From Neoconidiobolus thromboides FSU 785 (taxonomy: Eukaryota; Fungi; Entomophthoromycota): a stretch of 64,000 bases of DNA. The position numbers and the translations under genes are program-made. The stretch lies in contig MU626351.1 of NCBI GenBank assembly GCA_025603075.1, forward strand, positions 1-64,000, read 5' to 3'. The notes below the pieces were generated by a model. The model saw nothing but the letters and a program-made list of their open reading frames with translations, made no database searches and was not told the origin of the DNA. Below are positions 38,807 through 50,114 of this stretch, one piece after another; the first letter of the stretch is position 1, and every line of letters begins with the position of its first letter.

Positions 38807-39900
38807 ATATAGCATTAAAAATTGTTTTTTAAATTAAAATTTTCATACTAAACTCATTAACAAACATAGCTCTCGATTTAAAAACTGTAAGACTTTAACC
38901 AGTTAAATATCTTTTGATATATAAAACATCAATAATATCAGGTAGATTTTACTCTCCAATACAAGAAATTCTGCTATATTGAATTTTTATATCTGTCTCC
39001 ATTTTTGTACAAAGACACTTCTTCAAACCATTTACTCTTCCTTAACGATATCCTGGTCTCTTTACTATATTAAATAAATAAAAGCTTGCCTTGAAATTAA
39101 AGTAAGTTAACTGATAGGGGGGTCCTTATTGATTAATTTCTTTTAAATCAATTTTTTGATAAAAAGAATGATATTGTTAAGATATTCAATTGCTTGACAA
39201 TATAAAACAAATTCATTTGAATATATATGAGCTAGTTTTGTCCCTAGCGTTTTGCTAGAATGTCTTTGATACCCGGAAAGAGATGTACAACTTTATATAG
39301 ATTCTTTGACTATTCTTGTACCTAGAGTCTAGAATCTAAAGCCATTTTGACATTTTAGATTGTGAGATTGATACTTCTTAGTTTCTTCGAATTGCTTTAA
39401 TACATTTCTTTTTGATTTTAATGTAATTTTTTCTACTTGTTTTAATGAATCAGCTCTTTGGACTGTACACCAAGCTTATTGTAAATATTCAGCAAAAATA
39501 TTTAATGGCCCAGTAGATATTATTGATTCGCGCTATTCGCCCTTTAAAGTAAAGATGAAGGGATGAAAAGCTAGCTACTTAGTTAGAACTAAGAATGCTT
39601 ACAGAATTGATACCTTTTTGGGTTTAAGGTTCAAAAAAACATCATTAGATGATGTCTTCATTTTATTTTGACTTTTATCGGATAGTATTTGTTTTCATAA
39701 CTATATTAAAATAAGTACAACATCGCAATTACATTACGTAAGATTTAATTAATATCCTTTTTATGTATGAAATCATATAGCTTTGTTATTTAAACTATTA
39801 TATTATCTTTTTTATTCATAATAGTATAGCCCTATTATAAATGTAATAGCTTACAATTAGTCTACTTGAATTATAATATATTTTAAAGGATTCAATAAAT

Positions 39901-39999
39901 GGGGATGTATTTTCGTGTCTAAGAATTTTATTAACAATTTTTCCACTTAAATAGCGCTTGAAAAATGGAAAAAATAATGAAGTTAAAAAAAACACTCCC
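39901..39999 (+). mobile_element. ~98-bp MITE family copy
   Basis: GGGGATG...CACTCCC flanked by AAAT/AAAT. Confidence 0.93.
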
Positions 40000-41416
40000 A
40001 AATGATGGTTCTAATTTAATACTATAAAAATACTTTCGTAATATCAAAACCTGCTTATTTACAACTCACTCTAATTTTCTGGACTTTTTTGTCATATCCA
40101 GGCTTTATTATAATCATTGCATTATTATTTATTGATGCCCAAAATATCAAATTATCCTTTAAACATCTATCTCCGCCTCCATCCCCCATTATCACTGTCA
40201 CCTACTCCCATTGTTAGATGAAGCTTTGTGTATCTAAATTTGAATGAGTAATCTAAATATATTCAGATTGCAATAAAAGTTCTTTTTACCTAAAATAGTT
40301 TTAAAATTTTCAAAGCTTTTAAAAAGTGTGTTTATCTACTAGATGCTAATTTCAGGTTATATATGACTTGGCATCAATTAATACATCAAGTATGTATTGC
40401 TAAGATATAGAGAGGATTTGGCTTAACTTAATTAGTGATAAGAATCTGTTTATATCATTATAAATTGTAAACCTCAGTGATGGTTGGTAAAGTAATTAGT
40501 GAATTATGACTTAAAGATATACCTTACCTATATTGATTAAATTGCATAGATACTAAATATAGTTGTTTTTATAGTCTTTTTTAATAGGTTTAAAACATAT
40601 GTAAAGTAAATTTAGGTGAGAATTTAAAAAAACATAATAATCGATAATGTATCACAGAAATTAAAATAGTTTAAAGAAACAAAGAATTGATATTGAAATC
40701 AGTTTTTATCATTAGTTTTATTTTTATAATATCTTATTAATTTTCAACCTTTATAATAATTTTTCTAAGTTTGAATCAAAGATGTAATCTTTTTATTAAA
40801 CTTTTAGTTAAACATTGAATTTTAAAATAAAGACAATAAATAAGTTTACCCTGAATTCTCATACTTTAGATCTAATTGTCACAAACATGTCACGTCATGT
40901 TACTTCATGTTTAGATTAAGTTGTAAAGACTGAAAGTTAAAGTCATGATATTTAGCTTACAATGATTGGATGCAAACAAAATTAATTTCAATACTTTTTG
41001 TTATTTTCACAAGTTTAGTATTGTTCCCTTTGAATCTTCTTGGGTCATTTCGTTTTTTTTTGAGACTTTTATTAAAATTCTTTTACTCTCAATAAAACAC
41101 TTAGAAGCTTCAATTCCAAATCCTCAAAAATAAATCAATAAAGCGTTTTCACATTTGAATTTTACAACTAATAATAAAATGAACAAAATAACTCTAGATC
41201 TTGAAGACTCAACATTAAACTAGAAATCTTTTTCAACAAAACATCACTTTTAATGGTTGACTAAAAGCTTACTAATTCTATAAACCAATGAATTTCTACC
41301 TTGTGAGGTTTTAAAACTGGGCCAATAGAATAAATGCTAGAAAATAAACTGTCAAATTTCGATTATTTTCAAAAATAAAATAAAATTGATATTTCATCTT
41401 TTATAATAATAAAACA

Positions 41417-43251
41417 ATGCTTCGATTCAACTGTTTAACTAGAAATAAAGTAAAAATAACATTTAAATCAACATTATTTAATTTTAATAAAATGTAATGG
41501 TTTATTAGAACGCATTAAAGCTTACTGTCAATTCAGTACGTAACATTGTTACTGATGGTGGTTATAACCCACATGTTGCTGGTCTAAGTTATGAACAATC
41601 ACAAGTAAAAGATATTCTAAACTAAGAAAACATGCATATTAATGATATTATGTTAAAATTAACTAGTTTCGTGAAACTATTCATGATTTTGTACAGAAAG
41701 AGATTGCTCCATTAGCTCAAGAAATTGATCAAAAAAATGAGTTTCCAATGGTAAATTATTTAATATCAATAATAATTAAAAATAATAACTAAAATTTATT
41801 ATAGCATTTATGGAAACGTTTAGGAGATATGGGATTACTTGGTATTACTGCACCAGGTAATTGAAAATCATTATCAAAAAAAAGGATATTGGCTTAGATA
41901 TTTGCATTTTTAGAAAAATATGGTGGATTAGGTTTTGGCTATTTAGATCATTGTATAGCCATGGAAGAAATTTCTAGAGCTTCAGGTTCTGTTGCTTTAA
42001 GTTATGGTGCTCATTCTAACTTATGTGTCAATCAAATTGTACGTAATGGTAATCAACAACAAAAAGAAAAATATTTACCAAAGGTAATAAAAAAATAAAT
42101 ATATAATCTACAATTTAAACAGTTATATTAGTTAATCTCTGGTGAACATGTTGGTGCATTAGCTATGTCAGAACCTGGTTCCGGTTCCGATGTAGTATCT
42201 ATGAGTTTAAAAGCAGAAAAGAAAGGAGATAAATATGTTTTAAATGGAAATAAATTTTGGATCACTAATGGTCCTGATGCAAATACTTTAGTTGTTTATG
42301 CTAAAACTAAACCAGAAGCTGGACCTAAGGGGATTACTGCTTTTATTGTTGAAAAGGTAAGTAAAAGTAACAGTAAAAGAGGATATAAGTGAGGACACTA
42401 ATGAAGTTTGTTTTTAGGGATTTAAGGGCTTTTCTACTCATCAAAAATTAGATAAATTAGGAATGCGTGGTTCGAATACTTGTGAATTGGTATTTGAAGA
42501 TTGTGAAGTACCAGGTACATTTTATTTTATTAAAATTAATATTGCATTATTAATTAGTTATATTTTAATTTTGATTTTAATTAGCTGAAAACATCCTTGG
42601 TAAAGAAAATGAAGGTGTTTATGTATTAATGAGTGGATTAGATTATGAGCGTTTAGTTTTAGCTTCTGGTCCTGTCGGGTAAGTCAAAGAAATTATTAAC
42701 TATTATTATTTTAAATTCTATTTAATTATATTTAGTCTTATGCAAAATGCTATGGATGTTACTTTACCATATGTACATACTCGTAAACAATTCGGTAAAG
42801 CCATTGGTGAATTTCAGGTAAGTATTAACAATCCCATTAATTTTAAAGTTTTTTATTTTTTATCTTTTATTAGCTAGTTCAAGGTAAATTAGCAGATATG
42901 TATACCAAAGTATCCTCTACCAGATCCTATCTTTACGCAGTAGCTCGTGCTGCTGATGCAGGCAAAAGTTCAAATAAGGTAAACTTCTTTTTATTAAACT
43001 TAAATAGTAATATATATTGATCAATCTATACTTTTAATTAGGATTGTGCTGGTATTATATTATATGCAGCAGAAAGAGCTACAGAAGTAGCCTTAGATGC
43101 TATTCAGTTATTAGGTGGTAATGGATATATTAATGAATATCCAACTGGACGTATATTAAGAGATGCTAAATTATATGAAATCGGAGCAGGTACTAGTGAA
43201 ATTCGTCGTATGTTAATTGGACGAGAATTTAATAAAGAATTTAAAAATTAA
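41417..43251 (+). CDS. IVD: Isovaleryl-CoA dehydrogenase (mitochondrial), many exons
   Basis: [93 protein letters not shown]; stop 43249-43251. Confidence 0.96.
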
Positions 43252-43273
43252 ATTGAAATAAAATTAAATTGAG

Positions 43274-43888
43274 TTAGATGGAGTTGTTTTTATTTTTTTT
43301 TATAACTATATTCTCATTGTTTTTCCCATGGTTTTAATCGTGGTTTTAATTGCGGGTCACTTGGTTTTCCTTCATTAATTTTATTGGGAATCGATTTTAT
43401 ACCTTTTGAATAAGATACTTAATCTATTTATTAAGTTATTAATATTTCTTGATTACCTGGTACTGGCTTGCCCTCTTCAATTAATTTAACAATTTGTTGA
43501 AATGTCAATTTTTCAGTTTCTAAACATTAAATATCATTCCATTAGTTTTAATAATTCACCTGGTTATTAAAGATCACCTTCTTTTATTTCTCTTTTTATT
43601 TCTCCTTTTATTTCTCCTTTTATTTCTTCATTATTGTTGTTTTGAAGGATACTAAACATTGTTAATTTGTATAAAATAATACATAAAAGAGTGTAAATTT
43701 ACTTTAAAAAATAAAATTCTTTAATCTCTTCTTCTATATCTTCTTTTGCTTCCCCAGTTTTACTCAATTTGGCTATCAATTGTTCTCTTCCTTTCTGTGT
43801 TACTGTTATTATTATTATTATTATTATTACATTATTAGCTTACTTGAAACACTAAATCATTATCAAAATCATAATCTTTATAGCTCAT
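43274..43888 (-). CDS. PEX39: Small KPWE-motif protein, PEX39/C6orf226/YJR012C-like, five exons, absent from the ORF track
   Basis: Spliced reading: MSYKDYDFDNDLVFQ|KGREQLIAKL...EFYFL|NILQ..(EIKG repeats)..KE|ETEKLTFQQIVKLIEEGKPVP|GIKSIPNKINEGKPSDPQLKPRLKPWE...*. All four introns are GT-AG and keep frame. Confidence 0.8.
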
Positions 43889-44064
43889 TATTAAAAAAAA
43901 TGCAAGTAAAAAATAAACAAAAAGTAATCAATTTACAAAACCTAACCAATATTTTACCAAGCTTAAAACTCATGGATGACGCAGTTAAATAAAATTTAAA
44001 TTCAAGATTCGAAATTCAAATTAACTATTTTTTCAAAAATTCTTTCAAAAGAAATTCGTACAAA

Positions 44065-45014
44065 ATGAAACCAGTCTTATACAGTTACTTTCGTTCTTCT
44101 TGTTCTGCACGTGTACGTATAGCATTAATATTAAAAGGTATTGAATATGATTATGTACCTATTCATTTAGTAGAAGGAAAACAGGTATTTTATTATTATA
44201 CGTATTCTTATTAAATAATTAAGTGATAATTGATACTAATGTTTTTTATTTTTAGAAATCCCAAGAATATTTAGATATTAATTTACAAGGCAAATTACCT
44301 TGTTTAAAAATTGGAGATAAAGTGATTTCTCAATCCTTAGCTATATTGGAATACTTAGAAGAAGTTTATCCAGGTAAGTTTTCAACTGAAATTTAACTAT
44401 AACAACTTTAATATTTCTATTTTTTATTATTAGAAAACCCATTATTACCTAAAGATCCATTTGAGAGATCAAAAGTAAATAGAACTAATGCTGATGTATA
44501 TGTTGTTTATTTATATTATTATTTAGGTTCGTTCTTTAGCTTTATCAATTGTAGCTGATATCCAACCTATTCAAAATCTAAGTGTATTAAAGAAAATTGG
44601 GGATGGTAATAAAGAATGGGCTAACTATTTCATTACTGAAGGGTTTAAAAGTAAGTTATTAATTACTTTAATATTTTATTATATTTAATAAGTAATAATG
44701 TTTATTATTATGATTAGTTTTAGAACAAGAATTAAAATCTGTACATGGTAAATATGGTTATGGGGATGCTATTACTTTATTAGATCTTTGTATTTATCCC
44801 CAAGTTTATAATGCCTTAAGGTAAATTGTTATATTATTCTATCATTCCTTTCAGTTAATAATATTAATGTTTGCTTTTATTATTTAGATTTGAAGTTGAT
44901 ATGAATGAATTTCCAATTATTAACCAAATTTATAAAAATTTGGAACAAGTTGAAGCATTTCAAAAAGGAGATTGGAAAGCTCAACCAGATACTCCAAAAG
45001 AACTTTTAAAATAA
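44065..45014 (+). CDS. maiA: Maleylacetoacetate isomerase / GST zeta, many exons
   Basis: [21 protein letters not shown] (zeta-class SSC motif), [32 protein letters not shown], ends [10 protein letters not shown]. Confidence 0.93.
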
Positions 45015-45561
45015 ATCAATTTTATTGAAGTTTATTGCGTAATTAATATTGTTTTGTATTATCATATTGTATTATTAATATCTTATTATTACTATTAATA
45101 TTATTAATATTATTATTATTATTGTATATTTAAATATAAGCTCAACTATATCTTTTCTCAAAAAGGAATAGGAGATGCAAAAAGATCAATCAGGATAGTT
45201 TTATTACATGTTTCTTATTATAAAAGGATTATTTAATTTTTATTTAAATGTGAGTTTAAATAGATACATATTTAAAAAAGGGATAGAATTATAAATACAA
45301 AAAGATTAATCAAGATATTTTTATTATTTATTTTCTATTAATTGAGTATAAAATCACATTTTAATTTGACTATGAAGAACAATTATAAAAATAGCAATTT
45401 TCAACTAAAAAAAATTAAGAACATTCAAATAATCAATGAAACATAAAGAAAAAAATTTGATTTATTTAATACAAATAAATCTAATCTATTAATTAAAATC
45501 GAAAATAATGTTATTACTTTAAAATAGTTTTTTCATAACTTCATTTATTTATTGTTATATT

Positions 45562-46337
45562 ATGGCTTCAATAAATCAATGTAAATCTAATGCAATTTGC
45601 TAACAATAACAGTTAAAGCTAATATTTGATTTTATAGCATATGTAAGGGTTATACGACGAAGGATACAGGATTGTCCAGCGGTCGAATTATGTCAAGTAA
45701 AATGTGTGGATAGAGGATGTATGGTGCAACCGCCCACTGAAACTAGTTGTGCTCAAATTATTTGTGTACCTAAAAAAGAAAAGATAGCATCAACAAATAA
45801 TAATGGAGCTAATAGTTCATCGAAAGATAATATGAGTTTAGTAATTGGAGTTTCTTGTGGTGGAGCTACAGGTGTTATTATTTTAGTAGTAATAATCTCC
45901 TTTATTTGGTGGTATATTAAAAATAAAAAAAAGATTGATAAAAAAGGTGGGGTTTATAATTTTGTTAAAGTAAGTAAAACAAAGGAGAAATATAAAGAGG
46001 TAAGCATAAATAATATAATCTATGTGTTAATAACTAACTGTAGTTATAATTTTTATTTTAGATGTCAGCAAACAATTCACTTAATTCATTAAATAAAAGT
46101 CATCATACATTTTATCAAGATCCAGTAGCTATATTAAAAGGATATGATCCACTACAGGTGAAGATTAAAAGAATGGAAAGTACAAAGAAACAAAAAAAGT
46201 TAGACGATTTTAATATTGACAATTTAACTTCATTTAATACTACAGCTCCTCCTTATCATACTCAATATAATTTAAGGGATTCAGATCGATTTATTAATAC
46301 AATTAATGAGTTACAAGTGGTGGATATTAATAAATAA
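45562..46337 (+). CDS. Single-pass membrane protein with N-terminal Cys-rich module (Opy2-like), three exons
   Basis: Spliced MASINQ|SYVRVIRRRIQDCPAVELCQVKCVDRGCMVQPPTETSCAQIIC..., one TM (LVIGVSCGGATGVIILVVIISFIWWY), basic stop-transfer stretch, cytosolic exon 46062-46337. The family assignment is tentative. Confidence 0.55.
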
Positions 46338-46512
46338 AATCTAATGTTTTAATTATAAAATCATTGTTAGTTCAATATGATTTACAATAGATTACAATTT
46401 AATTAATTAATGATAGAATAATTAGTTTTTGTAGTTAATTTATTTTGATGTTCTTTTTGAGATTGATATTTTGACTTTATTTTTGGTAAGTTCAATTGTT
46501 AGTTTAAAAATA

Positions 46513-46595
46513 GGGAATATGTTTTATTTCAATGTTTTTACTAAATTTTAAATTTTATACATTAAAAAATGGACAAAATAATGCAACTAAAAACG
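46513..46595 (+). mobile_element. Probable highly degenerate MITE copy
   Basis: GGGAATATGTTTT...TTAAAAAATGGACAAAATAATGCAACTAAAAAC follows the consensus order; no clear 3' end or TSD. Confidence 0.45.
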
Positions 46596-46735
46596 TTTAG
46601 AATCCTATAAATAATCTAAATTTCAATTAGTCAATAAGATTCCAATTTTATATTATGCTAAACTTATAAATGTCAATTCAAAAAAACTTTTCTTGATCGA
46701 TTTCTTTTTAATTTTATTTAAAAAACAATTTCAAA

Positions 46736-48551
46736 ATGGAAAACAAGGATCAAATTATAAACTCGAACGAAGAAGCGATTGTCACACCCTTAGAATATTT
46801 AGAACAACAACTCAAACAAGAAATTGAAGCCAAAGAAGTATTACCTGGTAAATTTCAAGAATGCACATACCATCAAGGCCATTTAAATCAACCTGTATAT
46901 GTTTGCTTAACTTGTGAGAGAGAAGATAGTAGGGAGATTAAAGAAAAAGCAGGTATATGTTATTCTTGTTCTATTGCTTGTCATTCGAAACATGAATTAT
47001 TGGAATTATTTAATAAAAGAAATTTTCGGTGTGAATGTGGGACAAAGAAGTTTCAAAATAAATGTAACTTAGAAAAGTTTATTCCTCCAGAAGAGGGAGA
47101 AGTGATCCACGGTGATGTTGATAAAAAGGGGTGGAGGAGGAAGGTAGAAGGGAATGTATATACCGAAAATTTTGATGGGATTTATTGTTGGTAAGTGGAA
47201 ATGTGTTAAGATATTGATATTTTAAATTAAACTACTATTTTGTTTTAGGTGTAAAAGAAATTATAGCCCAGAAACTGAAACAGATGATATGTTCGAATGT
47301 ATTGATTGTCAAAACTGGTTTCATCAACGATGTATTGGGATTGTAAGATTTAAGTTTTAAACTGTATATTAGATTATAAATTAAATTATATTTTTTTAAA
47401 TATAAAATATAGAATGAAATTGACGATGATGATGAATTTATTTGTTGTGATTGTACAATTAAACATCCAATCTTATTTTCTTACTTAAAGACTAGAAAAT
47501 TATGTGCATTTAAAAAAAATGAAAATATTGTGATTAATAAGAAGATTGATAAAGTGGAAAATACAACGGATAATAATAACGAATATAAAGACGAAGATAG
47601 TAAAAGCGAAATAAAAGACAATGAAGTTATAAATGATAATGATAAAAAGGAAAATAATGATAGTGAAGTAACAAAAGATGATGAAACAACAGATGATATG
47701 ATCAGTAAACAAATTAATCTTAAAAAAGAGGCTGAAATAAAGACAGTATTAAGTGATACAGCAGAGAATAAAAAAGATGAGAATGATAATAAGGATATTG
47801 TTGAAGATAAAGATAATAAAGAAGATAATAAAGATTCAACTGAACAAAAAGATACTAAAGAAAATAAAAGAGTAAGAGAAGAAAAAATGGAAGATCAAGA
47901 AGATTTAAATAGTAGTAAAGAAGCAAAAGATGAAAATGTAAATCAAAATAGTAAAGTAAGAAAAATTGATGAAAATAAAAGTATTATCTTTTGTAGAAAA
48001 CCAGGTAATATAAAACCAGTTTATCTTATATTCAATAAAATTATAATTGTAATTTAATTATTAGATATATTACCTCAAATTCGGCCTATTCATTTACTTG
48101 CTAAAGATGGATGGCGTCGAATATTTTGTAAATGCGAAGAAGTAACTTTTAATATACTAATAGTGCTATTATTAAATATTGATTTTATATAGTGCCTATT
48201 AATTTATAAAGATCAAGATATGGAACATTTGATTGATGAAGAAGAAGAATACCTTATTGAAGAAGAGGAAAGAGATGAAGAAAATGAAATCGGTAATAAT
48301 AATAGTTAACAATTAATAATGTTATATTATTATTAAATCAAAATTAATATTAACTTATTTAATTAGTCGAAACTTTATATGATGCAGGCATGAAAGCATT
48401 GTCAAGTTTACCAAGATCTCAAGCAGTACAAATTACAGATCATGTTGATATTATTCGAGCTAAAATTAAAGAGTTTATTGCACCATTTGCTCAATCAGGT
48501 AAAATTGTTACTAAAGAAGATGTCATGAATTTTTTTAATCAAAATAAATAA
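46736..48551 (+). CDS. UBR7: UBR7/Mlo2-like E3 ligase (UBR-box plus PHD), multi-exon
   Basis: CTYHQGHLNQPVYVCLTC..GICYSCSIACHSKHELLELFNKRNFRCECG, YCWCKRNY..MFECIDCQNWFH, C-terminal GKIVTKEDVMNFF. Confidence 0.9.
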
Positions 48552-48601
48552 ATTTTAATCAAAATCATTTATTTATTTAAACTTTATCATTACTAACAAT
48601 T

Positions 48602-48695
48602 AGGGATGTTTTGATTTCATTATTTTTCCATTTTTTAGGCGCTATTTGAGTGGAAAGATTGTTAGCAAAATTCTTAAATAAAAAAATATATCCCC
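48602..48695 (-). mobile_element. ~98-bp MITE family copy
   Basis: AGGGATG...TATCCCC flanked by AATT/AATT; 50 bp downstream of the UBR7 stop. Confidence 0.9.
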
Positions 48696-48966
48696 AATTA
48701 TTAGTTTATTACAATTGATGTTTGGATTTAATTGATATTTATATATCTGAATTTAATAAACTTTATTACATTGATATTAATAGAATTCAACTTATTAAAC
48801 TTTATTAATATTGAATTTATTTTATATTGTTTTTAATATTAATATTAAATTATATTGATTTCATTTCTATTAAGTGATAAAAATGATCAAATTAAACAAG
48901 AAGTATAAAAGTAGTATATTTAAAATTAAAACGTTATTATAAAATAAAACCCCCATTAATTAAAAT

Positions 48967-49827
48967 ATGCTTTTATTATATATTATTTGTATAAACCTCC
49001 ACTTTATCCTATCTATCGTTTACCAATCTTGTTCTAAGAATGGTGATTTAGCATTAACTTTTGATGGAGGTCCCTCCCCTTATACTGGACGTTTATTAAA
49101 CCTCTTAAAAGATAAAGAAGTCAAAGTAACCTTCCACTTAAGTGGAGAATACCTCAACACTCCCTTTGTCAAAGCTTATGTACAGCAAGCATATCAGGAT
49201 GGTCATCTCATAGGTTTACAGTGTAAAGAAGATTTATTTAAAGTTGATAGTAATAACTCTACCTTTTTTGATCGTTTGACTGATTTGCAAAATAATATCA
49301 GTAAACTGATTAACTATAAACCTTATTTTTTAAGAGTACCTTATTCTTCTAATGATTTCCCTAAAGAAATAGTGGATAAATTAGAATCAATGGGTTTTAT
49401 ATTAAGTATTAGTAACTTAGATACTCAAGATTATTTATATGCTAACGTAACTAGTCCTGATAACGATAATATATTCTTAAACTTTAAAAATCAATTAGAT
49501 CAAATTATTCCACCTAGTAAAGGAAGTTTTATTTCCACTCAACATGATATTGTTCAAGCATCCATCAATCAAACTCCAAAAATTATTGATTATTTAAAGG
49601 ATAGAGGTTATACTCCAGTAACAATAAGTGAGTGTGTACAAGAGAATAAAAGTGATAAGGAAGTAGGTAAAGATAAAAGTAAAAAAAAGGATACGAAGGA
49701 CAAAGGGGATGAACAAACAAACAAAGAGGATAATAATAAAGTGGAGAATTCAAAAGTCAAATCAGATGCCATAGGTTTAAAATCTCACTTTTTATTATTT
49801 ACAATGATGGCAATAGTTTTTATTTAA
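48967..49827 (+). CDS. Secreted/GPI-anchored CE4 polysaccharide (chitin) deacetylase-like protein lacking metal ligands
   Basis: Signal peptide, CSKNGDLALTFDGGP, GHLIGLQCKEDL, FLRVPY, LDTQDY, ISTQHD, charged linker, hydrophobic C-terminus; single exon. Confidence 0.88.
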   Translation: MLLLYIICINLHFILSIVYQSCSKNGDLALTFDGGPSPYTGRLLNLLKDKEVKVTFHLSGEYLNTPFVKAYVQQAYQDGHLIGLQCKEDLFKVDSNNSTFFDRLTDLQNNISKLINYKPYFLRVPYSSNDFPKEIVDKLESMGFILSISNLDTQDYLYANVTSPDNDNIFLNFKNQLDQIIPPSKGSFISTQHDIVQASINQTPKIIDYLKDRGYTPVTISECVQENKSDKEVGKDKSKKKDTKDKGDEQTNKEDNNKVENSKVKSDAIGLKSHFLLFTMMAIVFI

Positions 49828-49912
49828 TAAAATTTAGCTTCTAGTTTGTATTTATTAATGTTTTATTAGACTTTACTTTATAAATGTATTTGATTCCTTT
49901 TAAATTAGATAT

Positions 49913-50011
49913 AGGGATGTATTTTTGTATTTAAAAGTTTTACTAACAGTCTTTCCACTCAAATAGCGCCTAAAAAATGGAAAAAGTAATGAAATCAAAA
50001 AAAACATCACC
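49913..50011 (+). mobile_element. ~98-bp MITE family copy (first of tandem pair)
   Basis: AGGGATG...CATCACC flanked by ATAT/ATAT. Confidence 0.92.
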
Positions 50012-50015
50012 ATAT

Positions 50016-50114
50016 GGGGATGTGTTTTTGTATTTAAGAATTTTACTAACAATTTTTTTATTCGAATAGCGCTTAAAAGATGGAAAAAATAATGAAGCCA
50101 AAAAAAACATCCCC
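50016..50114 (+). mobile_element. ~98-bp MITE family copy (second of tandem pair)
   Basis: GGGGATG...CATCCCC flanked by ATAT/ATAT; shares the middle ATAT with the first copy. Confidence 0.93.

Noticed and set aside
19997-45014. Branched-chain amino-acid gene cluster (ILV3 plus IVD)
   Set aside because: The genes are 19 kb apart with unrelated genes between them, and one is biosynthetic while the other is catabolic.
841-47712. Antisense or alternate-frame ORFs (841-1161, 2873-3064, 7725-7958, 12359-12718, 15108-15446, 21270-21593, 26132-26329, 36887-37093, 37588-37779, 43780-43992, 47500-47712; also 52026-52226 and 61120-61386)
   Set aside because: They are shadows of real genes or pseudogenes on the other strand or frame, with no independent motifs.
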